Shown piece by piece: positions 1 through 7,896 of a stretch of 32,000 nt of DNA. The stretch is from Candidatus Scalindua sp. (GTDB taxonomy: Bacteria; Planctomycetota; Brocadiia; Brocadiales; Scalinduaceae), in the NCBI GenBank assembly GCA_031316235.1, contig JALDRA010000001.1:3660001-3692000 (forward strand). The letters are read 5' to 3'. Numbering within the stretch: position 1 is the first letter of the stretch; each line of letters starts with the position of its first letter. The position numbers and the translations under genes were made by a program. Below the pieces are notes generated by a model. The model did not search any database. It was not told where the DNA came from and was given only the letters and a program-made list of their open reading frames with translations.

Positions 1-1
1 T

Positions 2-1111
2 TTTGATAAACAGGTAAATGCCCGTGATCTCCTGCACTCTTTGGTGGAGAACGCTGGTGATGGGATTATCGGTATAGCAAAAGATGGAACTATCTTGTCC
101 TGGAACCTATATGCTGAAAAAATTTTTGGATACAGTAAGTCAGAAGCTATAGGGAGAAATATCGATATTATCGTACCTCAGGATAAGAAGGATGAAAAAC
201 AGCGATTACTTGATAAGGTGATAGTTGAAAATGAAGTTGTAAAACGGTTTGAAACGGAGAGGATCAACAAGGATGGAGAGAAAGTTGTTATCAACGCAAC
301 AGTGTCTCCCATTAAAAACAAAACAGGTCAGATAGTGGGTACTTCAGAGATATACAGGACATTGAGTGAAGAAGAGTTTATGAGAAAGAGAATTACTCAA
401 TTTGAGAAACTCATTTCTATGGGGAAATTAGCTGCTGAGATTGCCCACCAGGTCAACAGCCCATTGGGTGCAGTCATGGGAAGGATTCAGCTGTTATTAA
501 AGAATATTGACAAATTTGACAAAAAGATATTCGTAAAAAATCTGGAACAGATGTTAGGCAGCTGTGACCATATTCGAACTACCATAGGAAGTCTTTTAGA
601 TTATACAAGAAGAATAGTGACCAAAGAACCGGTATCCATAAATGATATATTAGATGATTCCCTAAAGATGATGTCCCATAGATTAATGATTAAGAGGATT
701 ACCCTGCATAAGACTTTTTTAGAAAAACTGCCATCTATCTTGGGAATAAGCGGGGAGTTAATCCATGTTTTTGTAAATATCATATCTAATGCGATTGATG
801 CAATGGAAAATGGCGGAGAATTAAAGATTGTGACTGATTTGATAAAGGCTTCTCCTCCAATAGATCAGGACATGGTCCGGGTTTCAATAAGTGATAATGG
901 GCATGGTATTTGCGAAAAAAATGTTCAAAAAGTCTTTACTCCGTTTTTTACGACAAAGGATGTTGGTAAGGGTACAGGCCTGGGACTCTCTGTAGTAAAA
1001 AGGATTGTGAAAATGCATAAAGGTGATGTGACGGTACTGAGCAAGGAGACACAAGGGGCCCAATTTATATTTACCTTTCCCGTTTTGAATGATAGTGAAA
1101 AAACAGACTAA
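2..1111 (+). CDS. PAS-domain sensor histidine kinase (5' end cut by window edge)
   Basis: The reading frame is open from nt 2 with no upstream stop. PAS-like N-terminus (GDGIIGIAKDGTILSWN), H-box AEIAHQVNSPLG, N-box NIISNAIDAM, G-boxes DNGHGI and GTGLGL. Overlaps the downstream response regulator gene by 23 nt. Confidence 0.85.
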   Translation, partial: FDKQVNARDLLHSLVENAGDGIIGIAKDGTILSWNLYAEKIFGYSKSEAIGRNIDIIVPQDKKDEKQRLLDKVIVENEVVKRFETERINKDGEKVVINATVSPIKNKTGQIVGTSEIYRTLSEEEFMRKRITQFEKLISMGKLAAEIAHQVNSPLGAVMGRIQLLLKNIDKFDKKIFVKNLEQMLGSCDHIRTTIGSLLDYTRRIVTKEPVSINDILDDSLKMMSHRLMIKRITLHKTFLEKLPSILGISGELIHVFVNIISNAIDAMENGGELKIVTDLIKASPPIDQDMVRVSISDNGHGICEKNVQKVFTPFFTTKDVGKGTGLGLSVVKRIVKMHKGDVTVLSKETQGAQFIFTFPVLNDSEKTD

Positions 1112-2465
1112 TTTACTCATAGTAGAAGATGATTTGAGTATGAGAGAATTTCTCAACGATCTCCTTGGTAGCGATTATACTGTGGATTGTTCTGCAGATG
1201 GCGGGGATGCGAAGAAGAAACTTCTCGATAAATCATATGATTTGGTAATAACAGATGTTATCATGCCGGAAGTAAGTGGCATTGAAGTACTGAAATATGT
1301 AAAAGAGAAGTGCCCGGAAACGTCAGTAATTGTGGTAACCGGCCACTCTACGATAAAACAGGCTGTTGAACTTGTTAAACTGGGAGCTGACGATTATTTT
1401 AGTAAGCCTTTTAATATTGATGATATGCTGCTCGTAATTGAGAAGACACTCAAACACAGGGAATTTCTCAATGAAAGGAAAAAATTAAAAGAGACAGATG
1501 GAAAACCGAGTATTTTCCCAGAGATCATTGGTAAAGCAAAGGTCTTGAAATCAATATTTGAGATGATGGGAAAGGTTGCAGAGACTGACGCTACCGTTTT
1601 GATTCAAGGCGAAAGTGGAACGGGGAAGGAGCTTGTTGCAAGGGCAATTCATGAGAAAAGTCTAAGGAATGGTCGTTCTTTTATTCCGATAAATTGTGGT
1701 GCTATTCCTGAAACATTGTTGGAAAGTGAGCTGTTTGGGCACGAAAAAGGTGCCTTTACTGGTGCTTTGGTGAGAAAATACGGTCTGTTTGAGGTGGCAA
1801 ATGAGGGTACTATTTTCCTGGACGAAATTGGTGAAATGTCTCTTACGTTGCAAATAAAACTGTTGAGAGTATTAGAAACGGGAACTTTTAGACATATAGG
1901 TGACACGAAGGACATACATGTTAATGTAAGAATCGTTGCGGCTACAAACAAGAATCTGAAAGATGCCGTGGAAAATGGTGAATTCCGGGAAGATCTTTAT
2001 TATAGACTAAATGTTTTTCCCCTTACACTTCCTCCACTCAGAGAGCGTAAGGAAGATCTGAACCTGCTGGTACAGTATTTTCTCAAGAAGAACAGATTGG
2101 ATGAAAAAGACGTCAGCTTTTCAGACGACGCATTTAAGATGTTGGAAAAACACAACTGGCCAGGAAATGTAAGAGAACTGGAAAACGTTATTAAACGTGC
2201 TGGTATCCTTTGTGCCGGGAAAGAAATTAATGTCGAACACCTGCCAAGAGAAATACGGTATGCTGATAATGCTTCTTTATATGGAATTGGAATTTATGAA
2301 AAAACCTTTAAGGATGCAAAAGCAGAATTTGAAAAGAACTATCTCGAACGTCTGTTAGAAAGAACCTCGTATGATATAACCAGGGCATCAAAATTTGCTC
2401 AAGTGACAAGGGCATATGTGTATGAAATGTTAAAAAAATATAATATCGATTATAAAAGAAAATGA
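1089..2465 (+). CDS. Sigma-54-dependent two-component response regulator (NtrC/AtoC family enhancer-binding protein)
   Basis: Receiver domain (LLIVEDD, acceptor Asp context VITDVIMP). AAA+ core with Walker A GESGTGKE and the diagnostic GAFTGA loop (HEKGAFTGA). C-terminal Fis-type HTH (ITRASKFAQVTRAYVYEMLKKY). Confidence 0.9.
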   Translation: MIVKKQTNLLIVEDDLSMREFLNDLLGSDYTVDCSADGGDAKKKLLDKSYDLVITDVIMPEVSGIEVLKYVKEKCPETSVIVVTGHSTIKQAVELVKLGADDYFSKPFNIDDMLLVIEKTLKHREFLNERKKLKETDGKPSIFPEIIGKAKVLKSIFEMMGKVAETDATVLIQGESGTGKELVARAIHEKSLRNGRSFIPINCGAIPETLLESELFGHEKGAFTGALVRKYGLFEVANEGTIFLDEIGEMSLTLQIKLLRVLETGTFRHIGDTKDIHVNVRIVAATNKNLKDAVENGEFREDLYYRLNVFPLTLPPLRERKEDLNLLVQYFLKKNRLDEKDVSFSDDAFKMLEKHNWPGNVRELENVIKRAGILCAGKEINVEHLPREIRYADNASLYGIGIYEKTFKDAKAEFEKNYLERLLERTSYDITRASKFAQVTRAYVYEMLKKYNIDYKRK

Positions 2466-2530
2466 ACACGGTTTCTCTCAATTCCTGTATATTATTTAAC
2501 TTTCACTAACATCTTTTAAAAGGGTTCATT

Positions 2531-3322
2531 ATGAAAAGAAAAAATCTCCTGATGCTACTCTGCCTGGTGATGTTTGCCGGCTGTACAACTTTTGATGAGA
2601 TACAAACTGGTCCAACTGTAAACATGGAGAACAGGCTGGAGCGTCTCAATGGGCCATACAGGCTTGCAACTCCGGACGTACTTGAAATCAGTGTACAGGA
2701 TAATCCTGAAATCGGGACAAGGGCAGCTATTGCACCTGATGGAAATGTCTTCATGCCTCTATTGGGAAATGTATATGTTGAGGGGTTGACACTTTTGGAA
2801 GTGAGAAAAAAGATACATAAAGAATTAGGAAGATTCCTCAAAGACATTCCTGAAGAATCCGTCTCTGTACAGGTAATAGGATTCAACAGCAAGAAGGTCT
2901 ATGTGTATAGTTTTGGGGGTGGCAGTGTAAGGGCAGTCCCCTTTACCGGTGATCTTAAGGTACTCGATGCACTTGCTCAGTCAGGCTTCTTGACACGGAC
3001 GGATAATTTAAAAAAAATAAAGGTTGTGCGGGGGACAAATGACCCCAACAAAAATCCTCAAAGACTTGTTTTGAACCTCACCGATATCGTTAAAAACGGG
3101 CAGACAGAAAAGAACATTGTTCTCAGGCCGAACGATGTCGTGTATATCCCTCCCACATTGTTCGGATTGATTGGGTATAAGTTTAAAGATTTACTCTTCC
3201 CGACAGAACCTATTCAACGGGTGGGCATGATGTACGGCACGGCAGAAATGAATGCATTAGGTTTTAATCCACAAAAAGGGGTAGGGGGGGTTGGAGGCTC
3301 TTCGGGAGGCAATTTCCAATAA
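2531..3322 (+). CDS. Polysaccharide export outer-membrane lipoprotein (Wza/EpsB-like, Poly_export + SLBB)
   Basis: Signal peptide ending in a lipobox-like MFAGC. Poly_export-like core (ISVQDNPEIGTRAAIAPDGNVFMPLLGNVYVEGLTLLEV) and SLBB-like segment (IVLRPNDVVYIP). Gly-rich C-terminal tail. Confidence 0.85.
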   Translation: MKRKNLLMLLCLVMFAGCTTFDEIQTGPTVNMENRLERLNGPYRLATPDVLEISVQDNPEIGTRAAIAPDGNVFMPLLGNVYVEGLTLLEVRKKIHKELGRFLKDIPEESVSVQVIGFNSKKVYVYSFGGGSVRAVPFTGDLKVLDALAQSGFLTRTDNLKKIKVVRGTNDPNKNPQRLVLNLTDIVKNGQTEKNIVLRPNDVVYIPPTLFGLIGYKFKDLLFPTEPIQRVGMMYGTAEMNALGFNPQKGVGGVGGSSGGNFQ

Positions 3323-3576
3323 AAGCTAACTGCTCACCTGCTTCCCACAAGTTTCAGGTTGGTATCTGATTTTGATTTGATTCCAGACCACAGGAGAGGG
3401 TTATTACAGCAAGCTGTACCGACATACTATTGCGTTCAAAGAGGCTATGTGGTAAAATAAAGGCGTTTTGAATCAATGGGATAGGCAGTTATCTGTACAA
3501 AATAATGTAGAAAAAAGCAACAATTCGTCTTTTTTTTTGCTTGATTACTGCATTGAGGCAAAATCAGAGAATTGAA

Positions 3577-3690
3577 GTATACTAAAACCGATTTGGTTTT
3601 CGGTTTTACTGGAAACCAAATCTTGGTGAAGGTACACTCGCTCAATTTTATCTCGGATTTTATCCGGAAACCATTATAAGATGAGCATAA
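3577..3690 (+). repeat. Intergenic structured repeat, copy A (module 1 + decayed module 2)
   Basis: GTATAC at 3577-3582. Module 1 carries a perfect 10-bp stem, GATTTGGTTT (3590-3599) pairing with AAACCAAATC (3613-3622). The central hexamer is degenerate (GTACAC 3632-3637) and the right end is degenerate (GCATAA 3685-3690). Homologous to copies B-E. Boundaries are approximate. Confidence 0.85.
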
Positions 3691-3962
3691 TCCATTCAAC
3701 AAAAATTTACACCTTTCAAGTTACCATTTTTCTATCACGGTAAAAAAATAGAACAGCTACTCTTAAATCATACCAGCTGTTTGACGTTAAAGTTTGAACG
3801 TAAAATCGATCTCGCATGACGATTCCTGATTACCTTGACATTGAAGGTAGCAGCCCTGTCCTTTGTATTGCATTATTGTGCACAGGTTAAATCCTGCGAC
3901 TACCTCCTTATGTCATCTCATCATATTATGGGGTTACACTACCGGGTTTATTTGAAACTTAT

Positions 3963-3978
3963 CGGCATGCTAATTGCC
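3963..3978 (+). promoter_or_regulatory. Candidate sigma-54 (-24/-12) promoter
   Basis: cGGCATGctaaTTGCc has GG (3964-3965) and GC (3976-3977) separated by exactly 10 nt, a close match to TGGCACG-N4-TTGCW. It lies about 80 nt upstream of the HTH gene and EPS genes, and a sigma-54 activator is encoded 1.5 kb upstream. Confidence 0.5.
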
Positions 3979-4057
3979 TATATATCAGTGCCATAGATGT
4001 TCTCTGTCTAACCATGACAGTCAATAGGTAATCAATTCCAATAAACAGGTGAATTTC

Positions 4058-4246
4058 ATGAAGAGGAAATTGACTATTACACAGATAGCTGAAAAGGTTG
4101 GAGTAACAGCCCGTACCATTAAAAGATGGGAAGATTCGGGTAAAATAAAGAAGGCAAAGAGGGATTGGAGAGGTTGGAGAGTTTACGACCAAAAAGATGC
4201 AAGGGAAATAATAAAATTTCATGACAGGGTAATAATGTCAGAGTAA
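4058..4246 (+). CDS. Small MerR-superfamily HTH protein, DNA-binding domain only (BldC/excisionase-like)
   Basis: LTITQIAEKVGVTARTIKRWEDSGKI...RGWRVYDQKDAREI matches the MerR N-terminal HTH pattern, and there is no effector domain. ATG 4058 has the SD AGGTGA (4047-4052). The ORF track starts at GTG 4049. Confidence 0.6.
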   Translation: MKRKLTITQIAEKVGVTARTIKRWEDSGKIKKAKRDWRGWRVYDQKDAREIIKFHDRVIMSE

Positions 4247-4310
4247 AATCCGATAATTAAACCTGTAGTATAGAAAAATTTTATAACTCTTTGGAGTTAA
4301 TTCATTATTC

Positions 4311-5777
4311 ATGGAAGAAAAAAAAACACCATTTGATTATCATAAATTTATGCAGCTGCTTTTAAGGAAAAAGTGGTTATTGATTATCCCGACTATCCTG
4401 TTTTGTTCAGGAGCGGTCTTTTTTGCGTATCAGAAACCAGAAGTTTATGAGTCAAAGTGTGTGCTTATAGTAGAAAATTCTAAGGTATTGAGTAATGTAT
4501 TATCTGAGCGGAATGTACAATTGGATGCCGGTCAGTTACTCCAGGCAGTGAGAGAAAGAATGCTTGGCTGGCAATCAGTAACGAAAGTTGTTAAGGACGT
4601 GGGACTTGTTGATGGATTAGAGACTGATGATATGGGTGCGTTGGAAAAAGTCTACCGCACAATTCTCAAGAAAATAAACCTGCGTACAAAAAGTCATGAT
4701 TTTATAGAGATCTCTTATTGTGGAACAAATCCTGAAATAAATTTTGGAGTAGTAAACGGATTGGTTTCAAACTTCATGGAACAGAGTTTGAAATCTTCAA
4801 GAAGTGAGGCACGGGATACATTAGAGTTTATCGAGGAAGATTTAGAACGGCTGAAAGGGGTACTCGATAACTCTGAACGGAAGTTTCGGATGTTTGAAGA
4901 GGAGCATATTAATGATTTGCCTGGGAATGAAAATAGTGTTTTACCAAAGTTTTATACTGCGAAAAGTGAACTGGCCGGGGTCAATAGCGATATAGTGGCC
5001 ATTGAAGAGAAATTGAAATTTTTAGAGAATCGAAAATCGGCTGAAAATGAAAAAATAACAGGTGAAATAATTCAAATCCCTAACCCAAAAGTGGAAGAGC
5101 TGAATGAGCAGATAACAAACCTGGAAATAGAAATAACAATGTTACAATCAAAGTATTATGATGAACATCCGCGTATTGTACAGAAGCAGAATGAGCTCAC
5201 CTACTTAAAAAAACTGCTGCAGGAGGAATCGAAAGTGGTTGTTACTGAGGAAAAGATTGTAAACAACCCACGGTATGAAAGCATGGTAGAGAAAGATTTC
5301 AATTTAAGGCTTGAGTTGAGTTCTTTGAAGAGTCATCGGAAAGAAATTGAACATACACTGGATAATTTTAGACCATCTGTTGAAAATATACCGGAACTCA
5401 AACAGAAACTTTTTGAATTACAGATGGATTATGAAATTAACAAAAAACTCTATGAACAGCGGCTTATGCAAAAATCCAAGGCTGAATTGGTTCAAGAGAT
5501 GTCACTTGATTCAAAGAGTAATCCCTTTAATATAGTTGAGCCCGCCAGAATTTCTTATGAACCTCTAAAAGGTCATAAGATAAAAATAATTGTGATGGGA
5601 ACTATCCTGGGAATTGGTCTAGGGGTAGGTCTGATTTTTGGTTTAGAACAGATTGATACAAGATTTAAGAGTATAGAAGAGATGCAGGAATATTTAAATA
5701 TTCCTGCTGTCGGGATGATACCAACTATCGTTATCCAGTCTGATATGAGCAGGAAGATTGAGAGAGCGCGATTCTGA
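4311..5777 (+). CDS. Polysaccharide chain-length determinant (Wzz/GumC family, PEP-CTERM-locus type)
   Basis: N-terminal Wzz motif with a TM helix (LLRKKWLLIIPTILFCSGAVFFAY), a long coiled-coil periplasmic region, and a C-terminal TM helix (IIVMGTILGIGLGVGLIFGL). Confidence 0.85.
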   Translation: MEEKKTPFDYHKFMQLLLRKKWLLIIPTILFCSGAVFFAYQKPEVYESKCVLIVENSKVLSNVLSERNVQLDAGQLLQAVRERMLGWQSVTKVVKDVGLVDGLETDDMGALEKVYRTILKKINLRTKSHDFIEISYCGTNPEINFGVVNGLVSNFMEQSLKSSRSEARDTLEFIEEDLERLKGVLDNSERKFRMFEEEHINDLPGNENSVLPKFYTAKSELAGVNSDIVAIEEKLKFLENRKSAENEKITGEIIQIPNPKVEELNEQITNLEIEITMLQSKYYDEHPRIVQKQNELTYLKKLLQEESKVVVTEEKIVNNPRYESMVEKDFNLRLELSSLKSHRKEIEHTLDNFRPSVENIPELKQKLFELQMDYEINKKLYEQRLMQKSKAELVQEMSLDSKSNPFNIVEPARISYEPLKGHKIKIIVMGTILGIGLGVGLIFGLEQIDTRFKSIEEMQEYLNIPAVGMIPTIVIQSDMSRKIERARF

Positions 5778-5887
5778 CCTGTCTGCATACTGACATTGAG
5801 CAAATATTTTCCCGGTTTATTATGTGAAGCCCGTCCAGCTGTTTACTCTCAGGCCGGAATATCTGATAAGGAGCGAAGTCAAGTTTT

Positions 5888-6706
5888 ATGTATAAAGAAT
5901 TCTATAACTTGCAAGAAAATCCATTTAACCTCACACCGGATCCTGATTTTCTCTATTCTAGCAAGGCACACCAGAAGGCTATAGCATATTTGACCTATGG
6001 GCTTGATACTCGAAAGGGAATTATACAACTTACCGGAGAAATAGGAAGTGGCAAAACTACTATCTTAAGATCTATTCTGGCTCAGAAAAAAAATAAACTG
6101 AAATATTCATTTATTGTAAACCCTCAGGCAACATTCGAACAGCTTCTGAGAATGATGCTTCAACAATTGTCTGTAATAGATGCTGAGATTAAGGATACGA
6201 AGGATGTTTTGTTGCATAAATTCCATAATTATCTCAAGGAGCAGTTGAAACAAAATTTACCTGTTGTTCTTATTTTTGATGAAGCGCAAAATATTGAGGT
6301 TCCGGTACTTGAAGAATTACGAATGCTGTCTAATCTTGAAACTGAAAAACAAAAACTTGTTCAGATTGTTTTCGTTGGGCAACCAGAGTTAAGAGAGATA
6401 TTTTCGTTGCCAATCCTGAGACAACTAAAACAAAGGGTAGCCGTGGCGTGTCATTTAACTGCCTTAAATAGAGAGGAAACGGAGGAATACATAAATCACA
6501 GACTGAAAATTGCAGGTGCAACCGGGTTGCCGGCCTTTACAAAACAAGCGTGTGATGAAATATATGCGTATTCAAATGGAATACCACGTCTTATAAACAT
6601 AGTTTGTGATGCTACTTTATTGGCTGGTTATGTTGAAGAAAAAAAGACAATGGATGAATGCATTGTGAAGGAAGTAATAAGCGGGTTGGAAGAAGATCTC
6701 ATATAA
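5888..6706 (+). CDS. ExeA-like AAA ATPase (secretion ATPase of PEP-CTERM/EPS loci)
   Basis: N-terminus FYNLQENPFNLTPDPDFLYSSKAHQKAIAYLTYGL is typical of ExeA/GspA-type ATPases. Walker A GEIGSGKT, Walker B VLIFDEAQ. Confidence 0.85.
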   Translation: MYKEFYNLQENPFNLTPDPDFLYSSKAHQKAIAYLTYGLDTRKGIIQLTGEIGSGKTTILRSILAQKKNKLKYSFIVNPQATFEQLLRMMLQQLSVIDAEIKDTKDVLLHKFHNYLKEQLKQNLPVVLIFDEAQNIEVPVLEELRMLSNLETEKQKLVQIVFVGQPELREIFSLPILRQLKQRVAVACHLTALNREETEEYINHRLKIAGATGLPAFTKQACDEIYAYSNGIPRLINIVCDATLLAGYVEEKKTMDECIVKEVISGLEEDLI

Positions 6707-6778
6707 GGCGTTGTGAAAAAAATCTCCCTTGTTTAATTTTCATTTTGAGTTGATAATACTATTTAGCGGGGTATAGAG

Positions 6779-7837
6779 ATGTCTAAAATTGAAGGTGCGT
6801 TAAAAAAAACTAAAAGTGAATTAAAAAAAAGAAGGGAGCATGAATCCACTGCATTTGCGGTAAGAGGGAAAAAGACAGAAAATGGCGATGGAATTCAAAG
6901 GCCAGAAAGAAATAACCAGCACTTGAAAGTCGATAGTGAGATGCCCGGGTGTGAAAACCCTATTACATTGGCTCTTGCGAAGAAAGGAAAGGAAAATCTC
7001 TCAAGGTACGACTCCTTATGCAGTCAGAGCCACCACGACACCATGTCTCAAGAGGCAGAAAATATCATTCAGCAAGCAAAACCAATGGAGTTGTCAAGGG
7101 AGGCATGTTCGTTCAATCCAAAATTAAGGATCAATGGTAACTATGTGGACGAACATATAGTATCATATTATGATTTTCTTGGAAAACAAACATGGGAAGG
7201 TCCGGTGATGGTTCATTTTAGACGATTGCAGTTGTCGCTGAAGAAAATGCTGAAAAATGTTGAAAGGAGCAAGGTGCTGATCATTGCAAGCGCAACTCAA
7301 AAGGAAGGGAAGAGTACCATAGCGCTGAATACTGCAATCACATTATGCAGCAACAATAATAAAATAGTCATCATTGACTGTGATCTTCGAAAACCTTCGA
7401 TCAACAGATTGCTTGGATTTAATCCAGACAAGGGTGTTTCTGATTATCTTCTTGAAGACCTTGAGCTGGAAGAGTGTTCTGCGAGTGGGCTAATGCCGGG
7501 ACTAACCATAATCCCGGCAGGTAACAGGCAGGTGAATGTCTGTGAGCTGCTGGCTTCAGATAAGATGGGACGTTTTATCTCTGATTTGAGAGAGCAGTTT
7601 GATTATGTGATTCTTGATACTCCACCAGTCCTTGCTTTTCCTGATACTGCTATCTTGGCTCCTCTATCAGACGGAATTGTTTTTGTTGTTAATCACAAAA
7701 CAACTAAGAAGAACCTTGCAAAACGAGCAATTGAAACTCTCCATGGATGCAGGGTAATTGGCTGCGTAATGAACAGAAGTGAGATATCAGTCTCTGAATA
7801 TTATGGGTACGGTTATGAATATGGAAGTAGTTCCTGA
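6779..7837 (+). CDS. BY-type protein tyrosine autokinase (CpsD/CapB-like, cytoplasmic)
   Basis: Walker A SATQKEGKST, Walker A' IIDCDLRKP, Walker B VILDTPP, and a C-terminal Tyr cluster EYYGYGYEYG. No TM segment, consistent with a split Wzz-plus-kinase arrangement. Confidence 0.85.
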   Translation: MSKIEGALKKTKSELKKRREHESTAFAVRGKKTENGDGIQRPERNNQHLKVDSEMPGCENPITLALAKKGKENLSRYDSLCSQSHHDTMSQEAENIIQQAKPMELSREACSFNPKLRINGNYVDEHIVSYYDFLGKQTWEGPVMVHFRRLQLSLKKMLKNVERSKVLIIASATQKEGKSTIALNTAITLCSNNNKIVIIDCDLRKPSINRLLGFNPDKGVSDYLLEDLELEECSASGLMPGLTIIPAGNRQVNVCELLASDKMGRFISDLREQFDYVILDTPPVLAFPDTAILAPLSDGIVFVVNHKTTKKNLAKRAIETLHGCRVIGCVMNRSEISVSEYYGYGYEYGSSS

Positions 7838-7896
7838 TACGTATCATTTGTCACCAGGTTATAAAATAATGAAATTTTTAAAGGAGTATGAATAGT

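Noticed and set aside
3284-3290. G7 tract near the 3' end of the Wza-like gene
   Set aside because: It encodes the Gly-rich tail, and a frameshift would alter only the last 11 or so residues. It is not a convincing contingency locus.
3445-3702. ORFs running through the repeat copies (3445-3702 -, 14598-14840 +, 19772-20011 +, 27307-27495 -, 27384-27764 -)
   Set aside because: Their similarity to each other comes from the nucleotide repeat itself. The frames differ between copies, indels of 26-27 and about 35 nt are tolerated, and no start or SD signals are present. They are better explained as non-coding repeats.
5796-5984. 62-aa ORF overlapping the start of the ExeA-like ATPase gene
   Set aside because: It is out of frame with the well-supported ATPase, which has AAGGAG (5868-5873) upstream of its start at 5888, and it has no motifs.
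4318-6830. A8-A9 homopolymer tracts near the 5' ends of the wzz-like (4318-4326) and BY-kinase (6802-6809, 6823-6830) genes as phase-variation switches
   Set aside because: Similar A8 tracts occur elsewhere (for example 6086-6093) because the proteins are Lys-rich and the genome is AT-rich. There is no evidence of slippage variants from a single sequence.
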